In this document: piece by piece, positions 47,501-59,826 of the stretch
How positions within the stretch are numbered: the stretch's first letter is position 1
Layout of the letters: every line of letters begins with the position of its first letter
DNA from: Somniosus microcephalus
Lineage: Eukaryota
Assembly (NCBI GenBank): GCA_052327205.1
Contig: CM126220.1
Coordinates: forward strand, 10,788,001-10,852,000
Reading direction: 5' to 3'
Length of the DNA: 64,000 nt
Notes under the pieces: model-generated
Database searches by the model: none
What the model saw: the letters and a program-made list of their open reading frames with translations, nothing else
What the model was told of the DNA's origin: nothing
Position numbers and translations under genes: made by a program

Positions 47501-50320
47501 TAGTCATTAATACTTACTCAGAAATGGAGATGTGAGTGTGCCAATTCACAGCTATGATGTGTGACTGTCAGCAATGAAACAGTTGTGTGAGGGCTTGGCA
47601 TGGGTCAGCATTAAATGTGCAAGAGGTTTCCTGGCAACACTTTGTGGTATACATATAAAGAAAGAAAGACATTTCTATAGCGCCTTTCACGACCACCGAA
47701 CGTCCCAAAGCGCTTTTCAGCCAATGAAGTACTTTTTGAAATGTAGTAACTGTTGTAATGTAGAAATGTAGTATTGTCATCCAGTCCCCCCCCCAAACAG
47801 CCATATGTGAGCCATATACAGTATATGGTAAATTGAACCATGCTCTTACCTTGGCAGTTTCATTAAAGTATGCCATCTTCCATGTCTGTTCCCAGGTTTT
47901 GTGGCTCGTGCACGCAGTGTTGAGTCCGCCTGCTGCCATGTGAGAGGCAGGTTGTCCTCTGGGGAGGCTGCCCCGGAATGGTAAACAGGGCACTTTCCCT
48001 CACAGCCGCATCATGCAACAACATTTCCACTTCAGCAGTCATCAAACAGGGGATCCAATCGCTTCACTGCTCCATCACTGGCTCTCAGACTCTGGTTTCC
48101 TGTCACCACATTTATCATGCCAGCCACTGGATATTGTCAACCAGCCCCCCCCAAATAGCCATTAGAAATGCCTCAAGTATCTAGAGCCTTTGTAGAAGGT
48201 TAACACAATTATTGCCCACAACTTTAATTGTTCCCGTCATCTTTGTCAGCGATTCGTTCAGGGCAACTTCCCATTCCCCTCCCTTGATGAGCTCCTAGCA
48301 TCAAGTCCGATATGACCTTGGAGCTCTCTTATAGATTATTGTAATTAGGCTGACCCAGAAGTTCCTGTAAGATCAGCACTGATCTACTTGGGTGGATGCA
48401 GATTCCACGTACTGACCCAAATATTGGCAGTACTTTGTTTTTACAGCCTATAATTACATTTGTTTAGAATCTAATTATTGAGTTGCCTCTTCCTTCCCTC
48501 CCCACGGTTACTCTGTCATCTAGGAGCGGATGGTAAGGACGACACCTTGGTGTTGGAAACAAAACAGAGCTGTTTGACCTTCACCCAACCCAAAAAATGC
48601 AAAACCCCATAAGGCACCAAGTGATGTAACAGATCAGGTCCTTTCTCCACTATACCCGGAAGCAGCATGGATAGAAGACCAAAATACTGCAGGATATGGT
48701 GGATATATCCAGTGAAGGATTAAAGGCGAAAAGCTACCTAGTTCAAAGCTAATGTTACCAAACCAGACTTAAAAGCAACAGAACTCTTTTGGCAGGTGTT
48801 GCAGTAATTGTGTTCAGTCGCTTTCCCTTTACAATGCTGTGGAACATGTAGTTGGGAATTGAGCTAAATTAACCCCTCAATCCATCTGTCATTAGGCTGC
48901 TAGATGAAAGATTATGTGTTGAGTCTTGTAATTTATCTGCCAGGTGAGACTGTTCAATTTACTATGAAAATAACTATTACTGATAACCATTCATCCCTGG
49001 GGCCTGCAGCACAGATTAGAAGGTGTAATAGGCAGAATGGCTGTTTTAAAGCAGACTGCAAGTGCTTGAGAAGTGATGGAAGAACGGCATGTATATTTTT
49101 CCATTTAGTTTTCAAAGGCAAAGCATTTATATTTTTAAGCGCAATATCATTTTCACATTTCCAAATACATAATGAGCAAAAATAAGAATTATATATCTGG
49201 GATGATGCTGGGAGCACTGCAGTTGATCACAGGGTCCCAAGGTGAGGGAGGAAAGAATCAACCATGGTTCCTACTATCCAGTGATCCTTGCTGGAAAGTG
49301 TGTTTGGGTAGACATCATTTTAAACAGGATAGCAATCGCATTAAAATAGCACACAAAGGCATTTAACATGAATGTGTACCAGGCACTCGCAGAGGTAATT
49401 AAACCCCCAGGCAAGGTCAGGTTCGGTTGTGTTGGCCCCAAACAGTTGAACAGCCTGTTATCATTCACTATCTAGGCTCTCCTAGATGGAAGTAGAGGTG
49501 CTGTAGGGACACCACTGGTGGGAGTGTTTAATTATAGCGTGACATGTTGACCTGGGCAGTTACCATTCTAAATGTGGACATAATTTATATTGAAGATGTA
49601 TAAAAATAAGAATATATGGCTTTAAAATGGGAGCTGAATCACATCTATATGCCCTGCTCTGGCCTCTAACCCCACTTCACCTGAAGACTACACTTGGTTT
49701 TTACTCCCAGTGTGCAACACCATAGGAGGTCAATTAGTAATGTATTAAAATTCTTGTCACTGAGATTTTCTGTAAGATCAAGATCTTAGAGATATTCCTC
49801 CACCTTAAACCCCAATGTGAATTGTACCATGGCTACCCCTAGCACCACCAGATTGTAAACTGTAATAATAATGGTTGAAAGTATGGTTATTTGGAAAAGA
49901 AAATGTTTTTATTGTCGGGTGCCAAGTTTCCTGGCTAATATCTCTGTAGTGAGACACGGTTCAAACAGAGAATCCTTGTCACTGCACACTGACCTGCTGG
50001 AATATATCACGTGCCTCACATGAGCTCCTCTTCTTTGGAATGCTGTAGTTCAGGCCATAAACAAACTTACTGAAACATTAAATGGGTAAATGAACGGTAC
50101 ATTGTACAAGCAGCATATTTACAGTAATTGCAAACATTTCTGTTCTCCAGATGTAAAAGCAACAGAGGCTTCTTTCGCGCTAACTCTCAACAGAAAATTG
50201 TACCTTGAAACGTGGTTGCTAATTCTTATATGGTTGAACTCTACCATGGAGCTCTGTGATTACCTTTCTATCCCTGATGACCTCACATTGACTGGTGAGC
50301 TGAGGTCAGGCAGCCAAATA

Positions 50321-50681
50321 CAGATACCTCTGCCCCCATTTTTTTTGGGACGGCAGCTGTTGATTCTGCTATTCCCATTTACACCTCCTCCAGACCCATC
50401 TTTTGTTTCTTTACCTGTCCCATTACCACCCGCTGTTGCCTCGCACCATCACCCTTTTTGCCATTTAATCTCTCCTGCCTTCCACCCTATCTCAGACCTT
50501 CCCTTTTGTTCTTTCCTCCCCTCCCCTCCTTTCCCTGCCCCTGTACTTGCTTAAAACCTGTAACATCTCGAACATTTCCCAGTTCTGACGAAGGGTCATC
50601 GGCCTGAAACGTTAACTCTGTTTCTCTCTCCACAGATGCTGCCTGACCTGCTGAGTATTTCCAGCATTTTCTGTTTTTATT
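50321..50681 (+). mobile_element. Solo PLE pseudo-LTR insertion
   Basis: Pyrimidine-rich PLE 3' region, hammerhead and tail ending ttttctgtttttatt; 9-bp TSD AGCCAAATA (50312-50320, 50682-50690). Confidence 0.85.
50581..50617 (+). ncRNA. Minimal type I hammerhead ribozyme motif
   Basis: AGUU-CUGACGA-A-GGGUC/AUC/GGCCU-GAAACGUU-AACU: stem I AGUU/AACU, intact core, stem II with two G-U pairs, palindromic AACGUU, GUU triplet. Confidence 0.8.
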
Positions 50682-52829
50682 AGCCAAATAGAAGCCCACT
50701 CTGGGAAACTCTTGGCTCTTTGTTTATATGGCTCAGTTACATGCTGCCTTTACCAACTGAGCAGGCAGGACCGTGCCGAGAGGCCAATTTTTCAGGAAAG
50801 CCTAATGTAAAATTTATGATAGTTACGCAGTATTGTATTACAGAAATCATTATACAATTACAGTCCTATTTGAAAATAATTGTGGTGCTGCATGTTATTG
50901 TCAGATGTCCCTCTGCCATTGCTGTAAAATCTGTTCAGCAAAAGCCCAGCAACATTATTGACTTCGAATGAATATAACAGCACTCAATTCCCACTGAAAT
51001 GAGCAGGAAACAAATACCACAGGCACAATTTGGAAAGGTTTCTGGCAGAGGACATTGCCACTTGTTATTTACCACAGTTAATTTTTTTGGAGACATTGTT
51101 GTGATTCTTGCATATAAGCATTAACATTTTTTACGGTGCCATATGCCTTCTTGCTTCTATTTCCCGTGAGTCTTTTTATTTCCTTTCTCAACATGTTCAA
51201 ACATAAATTCAGTAAAAGTTGTAAATGAATGTACACTTGCGATTAAATAATGTTGCTTGGTCGCTGCAACAGTCGATGTAAAAATGGTACCAGTAGCCCT
51301 GGCAGATTTATTTATTAAAAAATTGGTATTTTTATCAGGCTAATGGACCCTGAGTCGATTCTCCTTGAACTGCCGTTTGAAGCAGTCGGGCTTGCTGTGT
51401 GAATTTTAATAAGTGCGGTATTCTCTGTTGTGGCCGCTTTCTTCACCAGAGCAGGGAGGTTGTGTTCAGGTTGCAAGGCTGTGTCTTGCCGACAGACAGC
51501 CAGCCAATCTGTTCAAAATTTCCCTTCTGAGGTTACAATCCTGCTGTATGCTTAATCACGGCAGCCAGATGGGACGTGTATTAGGTTTCAAATCCCTGGA
51601 AAACATAATGGTTTTTGTTTTCATTTACAGTGGAAGTTATTACATTTTAATGCTACACCTTGGGGACTGGCTTGCATCAATGGACGTACTTGAATAATGG
51701 TAGCTAACTGTTAGCACATGCTGGGGAGAAATGAAATTAGCAACCATGACAAGTTGCTGCTTTGCATACTGGCTCCTTCAAGTGCAGTTACTGGTGATTT
51801 AAGTCTCGCGCTTTGGGGGATAATTTTAGTTCAGTATTAAAAGCATTTTCAGTCTGTTTGGTTTTTCATTAAGATGACACATCTGTTCAGAAGTTTAGTC
51901 AAGTGATGTTTGATTCCACTTTCATCAGCTAATTTTAATTATTCACACCATTGGTGCTGTATCACGGTTCATCAACTTAAAAAGCCCGTGACATTGCTTG
52001 TGGAACAATGATCTTCGAGCAGTGAATTAGTATAATTTACTTCCAAAGAAGGTACCCTGATGGCTGTTTCAGGTATCTAGATTTGCTGAATTTGACAGAC
52101 ACCGAGCAGGAGAAATTTAATATTGTGTTTGATGTTGGCCTCCCTCAGATCTTTTCTGAAAATTGTAAAACAAATCAAGTTAGTGAGAAGCAGTCCTGGA
52201 AGCCCATACTCTCAGTACATTAATATGAAAAAAGTGAATGTCTACCACAAGATTTTATTCATTTGTCAGAAATTCACAGGATGAATTTCATTTTCCACAA
52301 TTTCTTGCATCCTTTTCATCATCAATGAAGGTGTTCTAATGTATTTGTGATTTCCTGTTATTTAATGTTTAATAGATTGTTGAAATAAAAGTCTACACAG
52401 CATATTACACAGAGTACCTTTGGATAACTTGGAGATGTACTTGCAAAATATGCAACATTTACAAAAATGGCAATTGTCACCTGGGTAAGTACAACAGGTA
52501 TTGATAGGAAATAGCTTCGCATTTCTAGTAAACTGGAAATATTCTCAACCCAGACTGATATCTCATTTGTCTGTTGGCTGTAAAGTCCTATCTGAAATTA
52601 GGTTTAGTCTCAACCCAGTTCCTCGTGGGCATGGGGCCACTGTAGAAGGCTGCTTCCCAACTTAGCATTACAGTAACGGGGAACATTTCCACAAAGGGAA
52701 TACTTTTAATCTAAACTTGCATCTTAAAATAAGTTGTCAAAAAATGCCTCCTCCCTGAGAGGTGAAATTATCTGACTATTCACTTGGTGTAGTAGAAGTG
52801 ACATGGAGATCTGCCATATTTAGCCTTGT

Positions 52830-53275
52830 CAGCTGTGGCTCAGTGGGCAGCACTCTTGCCTCTGAGTCAGAAGGTTGTGGGTTCAAGCTCCACTCCAGAG
52901 ACTTGAGCACAAAAATCTAGGCTGACACTCCAGTGACGTGCTGAGGAAGTGCTGCACTGTGTGTACGTCTTTCGGATGAGACGTTAAACCTAGGCCCCAT
53001 CCGCGCTCTCAGGTGGACATAAATAACCCATGGCACCCTAACCCTGTTTTGAAGAAGATTAGGAGAGGTATCCCTGGTGTCCTGGCCAATATTTATCCCT
53101 CAATATATCAAAAACAGATTATCACTTTGCTGTTTGTGGGAGCTTGCTGTGTGCAAATTGGTGGCAGCATTTCCTACACTGCAACAGTGACATTTCAAAA
53201 GTACTTAAATGGCTGTGAAGTGCTTTGGGACGTCCAGTGGTCATGAAAGGCGCTGTATAAATGCAAGTCTTTCTT
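52830..53275 (+). mobile_element. Full-length tRNA-derived Deu-domain SINE (SacSINE1-like)
   Basis: Box A gtggctcagtgg, box B gggttcaagctcc, Deu core ggatgagacgttaaacc...caggtggac...gtgtcctggccaatatttatccctc, L2-type tail ataaatgcaagtctttctt. Confidence 0.88.
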
Positions 53276-54454
53276 CCAAAAAATGTCTCCATCTCTCCTC
53301 TCGTTCGTTTGTCAATTATCTTAAATCTGTGCCCTGCTGCCAGTGGCACAAGGGAGTTGTCGAGGCACAACGTCATGTGACAGATCCCACAATTTTCCAG
53401 ACCATCATCGTGATTTTGTAGCAAACTCCAAAATTCTGGTTGCTGCATAGACGTCACGCGCTGAGGCCGCTGCTGGTTGGTGCACCAACATGTTGTAGCA
53501 TGCTGTTTCCTTCCAGCCAGTACTGTGCACGTGACCAGCCAATAAAATAATCGTGCCTCACAACAGTAGAGAAAGATACAGCTCAGCACCAAAGAGAGGT
53601 CACAACAGTGGAGAGACAGAGGCCCCCAGCAGTGCAGAAAGAGGCCTTAACAGTACGGATAAAAAACAGCTTAAAATTACTGCTTCGAACTGCAGAATCA
53701 AAGTGTCTAACTAGTGAAAGTAAGTTATTATGTAACAAGTTCCTGTGATTATTAATATAAGCAGAAAAGGGCCAGCTATGCCCTCTGAGTGACTGAACTG
53801 CAAATGCTTCATGATTTCTGACATTTCCCTCGAGACTGCCCCACAATTTTCGGCATTTCCTCTGCAACTGCCCCTCGATTTTTGGCTGGGTTACATCGCA
53901 TGCCCTAACGATTAGGGAATTACAGTGAATGAGAGCCAGGAATACTAAGTTCTAAAACAATTCAGCACACAAACAAAATGCATGCTGAGAGGAAAAGTTC
54001 TTGATTCTCAGATGGCGAAAGTTAATCACATGCATAATTATTAGCAGATTTAAGTGTTAAACTTTGCTGGGAGCCTACACTCAAAGATGTGAAACAAGCA
54101 CCTTAACACAACACCAAGCCATGCTAGGAGTCTGTAATAGTACGTTTACTCAAAGGACTTCACACTACATTTTATATGGGGAATGTGATTGTAACATTTA
54201 GATTTTATATTTTCCCTCCAGGTTAACAAGGCTTTGTTTTCATCTTTAATGAGCTTTACCATGAGAACTGAAAGTACTACTTCCTCCTGCACACTTGGCA
54301 GCCAGTTGTCAACGATGCTCCCACAGGAATTTGGGAGCTCATGACTTCATTTTGGAGTCTGGATTAAAGCATGTACAAATTAATAACAGACAATGTTATG
54401 CCCTTTTATTTAAAAAAAAAAAAAAAAAATCTGACTGGAAAAAAAGTCAGGTGG

Positions 54455-54770
54455 CTATATGGGTAAATGAATTGCACAGTACAGCACTGAGCAGAAGGCC
54501 CCAGGTTTGATTAGCTATTCTGGGCCAGGGCAACAGTAGGAGACTACAGTTAACCTTCATTCTAATTGCTACCTAGTGCTACAAAATGCACGTGGGTGAA
54601 TATTGAGTGAGGACAGGTTTTGGCTTGGCTGTGATGGTGGGCTATTTGACTAGAAACCAACCCATAGTCAAATCTTGTACACGAAGAACAGTGACTTGGG
54701 CAGACTACTGAAGGGTTGCTGGCCCTCGTGGAGCTGTACCTGTGTGTCAGGAGAGCGAGGTGGAAAATTA
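54455..54770 (+). mobile_element. LF-SINE-like relic
   Basis: gaaggccccaggtttgat...gagtgaggacagg...ggctgtgatg...gaagaacagtgacttggg...cctcgtggagctgtacc...caggagag. Confidence 0.55.
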
Positions 54771-55292
54771 TGGGCCGGGATATCTTTAAAAGAATAACAG
54801 AGCTTCAGGTAAAAATGTTTTACTTATCATATACTTTGCTTCAGTTTCCTCTGACCTGAAGCAAAGTAAAGTATTGTCAGGATTTCCATCTCTGTATCAC
54901 TCAGTGCAGTAACTTTAGAAGTAGTTGACAGATTTCAGCTACACTACGTATAATCATGTACTCAAGAGGTTGATGCTTCTAAATGAGTTTGATAGCAAGA
55001 CCTGCTCTCATTTATTATGCAATGTTTTTCTCACAAATCTAATTGCTAACATAGCATGTTAAAATGATAATTTCCTATTTACTGACAGCCCTCTTGAAAA
55101 TTGTAGCATAACATAATACGTCAAGATTACTTCTTTTTTCCCCCCAAGAGATATTTAAAAATGGTTGTAAACCTCAATGTCACAAGCCCCACATCTCAGG
55201 ACTATTTACATTCTCCCAGTGGAATGTTGGCTAGGACAGAACATTGTATGCTTTGTATCATCAAATCCAAACTTATTCACAGACTCCAACCC

Positions 55293-55445
55293 TCCATGCT
55301 AAAAATATCCAATCTCCATGCTAAAATTCTCAACCATTTTCACACTAAAAATTGAAATCCTTTGTGCTAAAAATTGAAGCCAACCCATGCAAAAAATCCA
55401 GTGTCCATATGCAAAAATCCAAGCGCAGCTATGCAGTAAAAAATC
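55293..55445. repeat. Degenerate ~21-24-bp tandem array, ~7 units
   Basis: Recurring core (a/g)tgc(t)aaaaat at near-constant spacing. Confidence 0.6.
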
Positions 55446-55559
55446 TTCAGGACTTTGTACATCATTTGCTTTTTTGCTCTTCCAGGCCTTTAATGGCTGA
55501 CCTCCCACCCTTCATCTCCTGTAAACTTCAACAGCTTCTGCTGCTCAAATCTGTCCCCC

Positions 55560-56450
55560 ACAAGTCTTGTTCACTTAGCATTTCTATTCTTGCTGATTTA
55601 CATTGGCTCCAAATCCCCACAGACCTTTTTTTAAATTCTCATCCTTGTGTTTAAGTTCCTTCATGGCCTCGCCTCTCCCTATCTCCATAGCCTCTTTCAG
55701 CTCTACAACCGCCATAAACACTTTGACCTGTAATTTGCGGTCAGCAACGGCGATCGCTACTGACCTTGAAGAAAGCTGCCTACAAAAAGATTGCGATCGC
55801 TGACGAAAACTTGAGCTTTCTCAACATTAAATTGATTGTAGCGCTGTCAGAAGGGAATCCCTAGCGTAGAGCAGCAGTGATGTCATCAAGCTGTCTAAGC
55901 ATCCAATCTCATTGAAGAATTCTCACAGACAGCAAACCCGGAAATAAAAAGCACTGACTATCTGCACTTTTAAAACATTTTACAGAGAGCGAGATAAAGA
56001 TTGGGATATACATATAGGATTAAGGTAGAAGCTAAAATATCATAAACAAACTTTTAAAATATTAAAACTTTTTTTTTTAAATCTAGTAATTTTTATCTTA
56101 ATGGAGAAATTTGACATTCCACAAATATAAAAGTAATTTTTCAGGACCAGAACAGTTGTTCAGCAGTCAATACACCGTTAAAACCCCAGTTACACCTATT
56201 CCAACAGGGCTTAACTTTTTATGGGGTGTTTGACAGCTGAATTAGATCAGAAAAGCTTAAGTTTTCATCAGTTCAGCTGATTTCACTGATTGCCTGGCTA
56301 TGGGGAGACCCACAGCACAGCCTGTGGCGGAGCAGGGAATGACTGACCACAACTTCAGGATTTCCATGTTTAGCTGCGCATGCAGTCGGTGTCAAAGGGA
56401 TAATGACGGCGGACACTGATAGTTTCTCCAACTCAGGTACTCTTGCGCAT
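55560..56450. mobile_element. L2 fragment (55560-55710) followed by an old MITE-like element with AT-rich core
   Basis: LADLHWL...ttaaattctcatccttgtgtttaag matches the L2 copies. The following ~700 bp has CpG-containing arms and an A/T core, like 7603-8293; termini not resolved. Confidence 0.4.
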
Positions 56451-56924
56451 CCATCCTCCCTTTGCCCCACAATCCAATGCCCAATTAGGAAGTAGCTTTT
56501 CTAATTCTTGGGTCGTTTGGAGTTTGAAGCGCTCAGGAAAGTCTTTGTTGCGCACAAGAATGGAAACTGAAAAAAGGAACTCCAGGCCAGGTTGGAAGAG
56601 CTCGCAGACTGGATTCAGCATACAGTACATGACCTGGGCACTGCCAGTCTAGCAATTTTATAAATGCTTACTAATTTTATAGTAAAGACTTTTCAGAACC
56701 AATTTCCAGTGCAGTTCCTACCTGTTCCAGTTAAAGGGAGCAGGATGACTTGCGCCTCTTTAATCCGATATAGAAAATTATTTGTCTTCCCATCTTTGTC
56801 TCTTCATCTCCCAAAGGTGGTGATTAATGCTAGGGTAGGGTTCTACTGGTGCCAGCAGGCCTCTGATAACTGGCACAAATGGCCTTTCTTCACCTATGAG
56901 CCTTCATAATGAGAAAAGAAAAAA

Positions 56925-57317
56925 AAGACAGACTTGCATTTACATAGTGCCTTTCACGATGTCTCAAAGCGCTTTACAGCCAATGAAGTACTCTTGAAGT
57001 GTGTCACTGTTGTAATGTAGGAAATGCAGCAGCCAATTTGCGCACAGCAAGCTCCCACAAACAGCAATGTGGTAATGGTCAGACAATCTGTTTTAGTGAT
57101 GCTGGTTGAGAGGTAAATATTGGCCAGGACACGGGGATAACTCCCCTGCTCTTCTTCGAAATAGTGCCACAGGATCTTTCTCTGACAGTGTAACACTCCC
57201 TCAGTACTGCACTGGAGTGTCAGCCTAGATTTATGTGCTCAAGTCTCATGGAGTGGGACTTGAACCCATAACCTTCTGACTCAGAGGCGAGAGTGCTGCC
57301 CACTGAGCCGCGGCTGA
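56925..57317 (-). mobile_element. Deu-domain SINE with internal deletion
   Basis: Reverse complement of 52830-53275 including the head (ttgaaccc...ccactgagccgcggctg); part of the Deu core is missing at ~57180. Tail-only copies at ~20205-20320 and ~47660-47770. Confidence 0.88.
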
Positions 57318-58254
57318 GATAGTATTGGTAGATAATTCAGTTGTGGGGGCCGTCGCAGCCTGGATGTGCCTGACCTCATCCCACATCAGCACTCTCGCAC
57401 CTTTCCATTCTGCATTAGCACACTGGCTAGTGCTTTTAGTACTTTACTCTTATTTAACAATGCTCATTTCATAACTATATACACATCAGTAATGAAGCTT
57501 TTAGACAGTGAAGCACATTTAATGCCCCCAAATCTCTAACACAAACTAGTTTATTAGGAACTGCAGGAGCTACAACCAAAAAGGCCTGAAGTATGTTTTT
57601 AAAAATGTTAAAACCAGCTTAATAATCAGCAGTAACATCACAAAATGTGAAATAAACCAGATCAGAGACTCTTCAGCCTCCAGCATATTTGCTGTGTCGT
57701 GGATTTAATAAAAATAATTTGTTTCAGGTGAGAATAATGTTTCATTTATTTTCTTGTGGCTTCTTATTTTGCAGTCTCTGTGGAATAATATTGAGGTATT
57801 CAGGAAATGTAATTGCTGTGGGGTTTTGCACGTAGTCTGCAGAATGCAACCATTTCAACGCTTTAAATAAACACCTTTGAGGTGTTTCACACTCGCTTCT
57901 CATTGTCAGATTCTTTGAATAAACCTGTTTGTTCTCACTCGCATGTAGGTGAGAAATCTCGCACCTGATAAAACTACAGCGAGGTTGTTGGCTCTAACCC
58001 AGAGATAAAATCTGACTTCACTTCTGAGTAAAAACATTAAAGTAACAGGATATCTTTCCTGATCAAGTGAGAACGCTGTTTACTAAGTGCACAATTAAAT
58101 CTACAGTGCTGTAAAGTGAGGTCGATTCTGTGACTGAACCGCATTGCTATCCCCATCAGGTGACTGGGGACAGCATGCTTCTCAAAGGCCCAATACATTT
58201 CTCTAATTTTATTTAGTAACTTTCATAATTCCTAATTTCATAATTTAGAGTACA

Positions 58255-58520
58255 AACAAAGAAACTGGGAATCTGAAATAAAAACCCAATGTGCTAGAAA
58301 TGTATATTGGGTCCGTCAGCATCTGTAAAGGAATAGAAGACAGGTTAATGTTTCAGGCGTGGGCCTTCAGAACTGGCCCACACCTGAAATCTTAACCTAT
58401 GTATGTCTTGATACTGATGGTGTGTTCTGGTGAAGGGCCCACACCTGAAATATTAAGCTGCCTTGTTTTTTTCCACTTTGCAGACTCTGGTGGACCTGCT
58501 GTGTATTTTCTGTTATTCCA
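58255..58520. mobile_element. Old fold-back PLE pLTR with three hammerhead relics
   Basis: Minus relic 58342-58374 (agttctgaaggcccacgcctgaaacattaacct), plus half 58375-58399 and plus relic 58424-58457 (gttctggtgaagggcccacacctgaaatattaag), with outward-facing pLTR tails. Confidence 0.65.
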
Positions 58521-59079
58521 AACTTGGAATTCACTTTTGCAGCTTTTATATGAAAGACCAGAACTCGGTATTCTGAAAGCTGAATGAGTTCTCTCCGTGC
58601 TCAGCTACTTTAACAAAACGACATTTATACCCAGTGTCCCTTGCATAACACATCTGTGTGGGATCGTGTCTTTACCTCTGGGAGCACATACACTGCCTAG
58701 TTTATGCTATGGAGGCACATCATAGTATAAATATGGTATTAAATACAAGATTTCAAACTATTCCTTCTGGTTATTATGACATTGGCTGTCAATTGAATAT
58801 CAAATATCTGTTGCATTGCAAAAACTAAGAATCTTTTCTTTCTACAATAAATAATTTGTGTGACTGAGCATGTAAAAGAACAATACACTTATTATGGGCA
58901 TTATTTGAATCTTCAGTCTTTGAAGGATTTATTTCATACCAGTGATCATGAATCGTAGGATTCAATATTTATGCATCGAGGTGACATGGACATTTAACAC
59001 ATGAGTAACGCTGAGAGAATAATTAGTGTCCAGGACTGAACGGTTGGGGGAAGACAGAAGATAAAACTGGACAGAAACA

Positions 59080-59500
59080 AAAAATAAAATAGATTCTCCC
59101 CTCCTCCTGAAAGCACTGGTGCATGCTTGGTACCATTCCACAATAGCCGGCAGCCTTCCAGTATCTTGGGCAACGAGCCGTTCTTGATGTCTCAACCTGG
59201 ACAGTGAGTGTTAGCAGGTTATTCACCCTGGGGAAGGGGTAGATTGGCAAGATAGCATAGCCCAATCCCGTTCTCCTCTGACATGCATAAATATGTGCTT
59301 TCCAGCAGCGAGAACCCTGGCAGATATGTTTTTTCTCCCTTCTGGTCCAGGAGTGTTGAAGCCAATTAAAGTACCTCCACTGCTCCCCAGCTGAAATTGG
59401 GTAACTCGACCTCAGCCAACGATTCAACTAGGATGTTGCTGTTCTGCATGGCTCAAAATACCACAAGATCCAATGCCTTTCCAAAGTGAGCCATTTGGAT
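59080..59500 (-). mobile_element. LF-SINE-like relic
   Basis: ttctcccctcctcctgaaag...ttccacaa...ccgttctt...ggacagtgagtgttagcaggttattcacc...ctttccagcag...accctggcaga...ccaatt. Confidence 0.6.
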
Positions 59501-59562
59501 TTTACTTTTTTTTAAATCATTTGGTAATTTTGATCTTTCTGAAGTAGATTTACAAAGCGGTC

Positions 59563-59826
59563 CTCCAATTCTGGCCTCTTGCGCATCCCCAATTTTAATC
59601 GCTTCAGCTGCTTAGGCCCTAAGCTCTGGAATTCCCTCCCTAAACACCACCTCCTCTCTACCTCTCTCTCCTCCTTAAGACGCTCCCTAAAACCTACCTC
59701 TTTGACTAAGCTTTAGGTCACCTGTCGTAATATCTGCTTACGTGGCTCGGTGTCACAATCCTTTTTGATAACGCTCCTGTGAAGCGCCTTGAGATGTTTT
59801 GCTATATAAATGCAAGCTGTTGTTGT
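59563..59826 (+). mobile_element. L2-clade LINE 3' fragment
   Basis: ggccctaagctctggaattccctccctaaa...cgctcctgtgaagcgccttg...ataaatgcaagctgttgttg. A CR1 tail follows at ~59880-59935; other isolated CR1 tails at ~17011-17060 and ~63200-63282. Confidence 0.85.

Noticed and set aside
55293-55445. CRISPR-like repeat-spacer array
   Set aside because: Eukaryotic context, degenerate ~10-bp cores, ~12-bp spacers, no cas genes.
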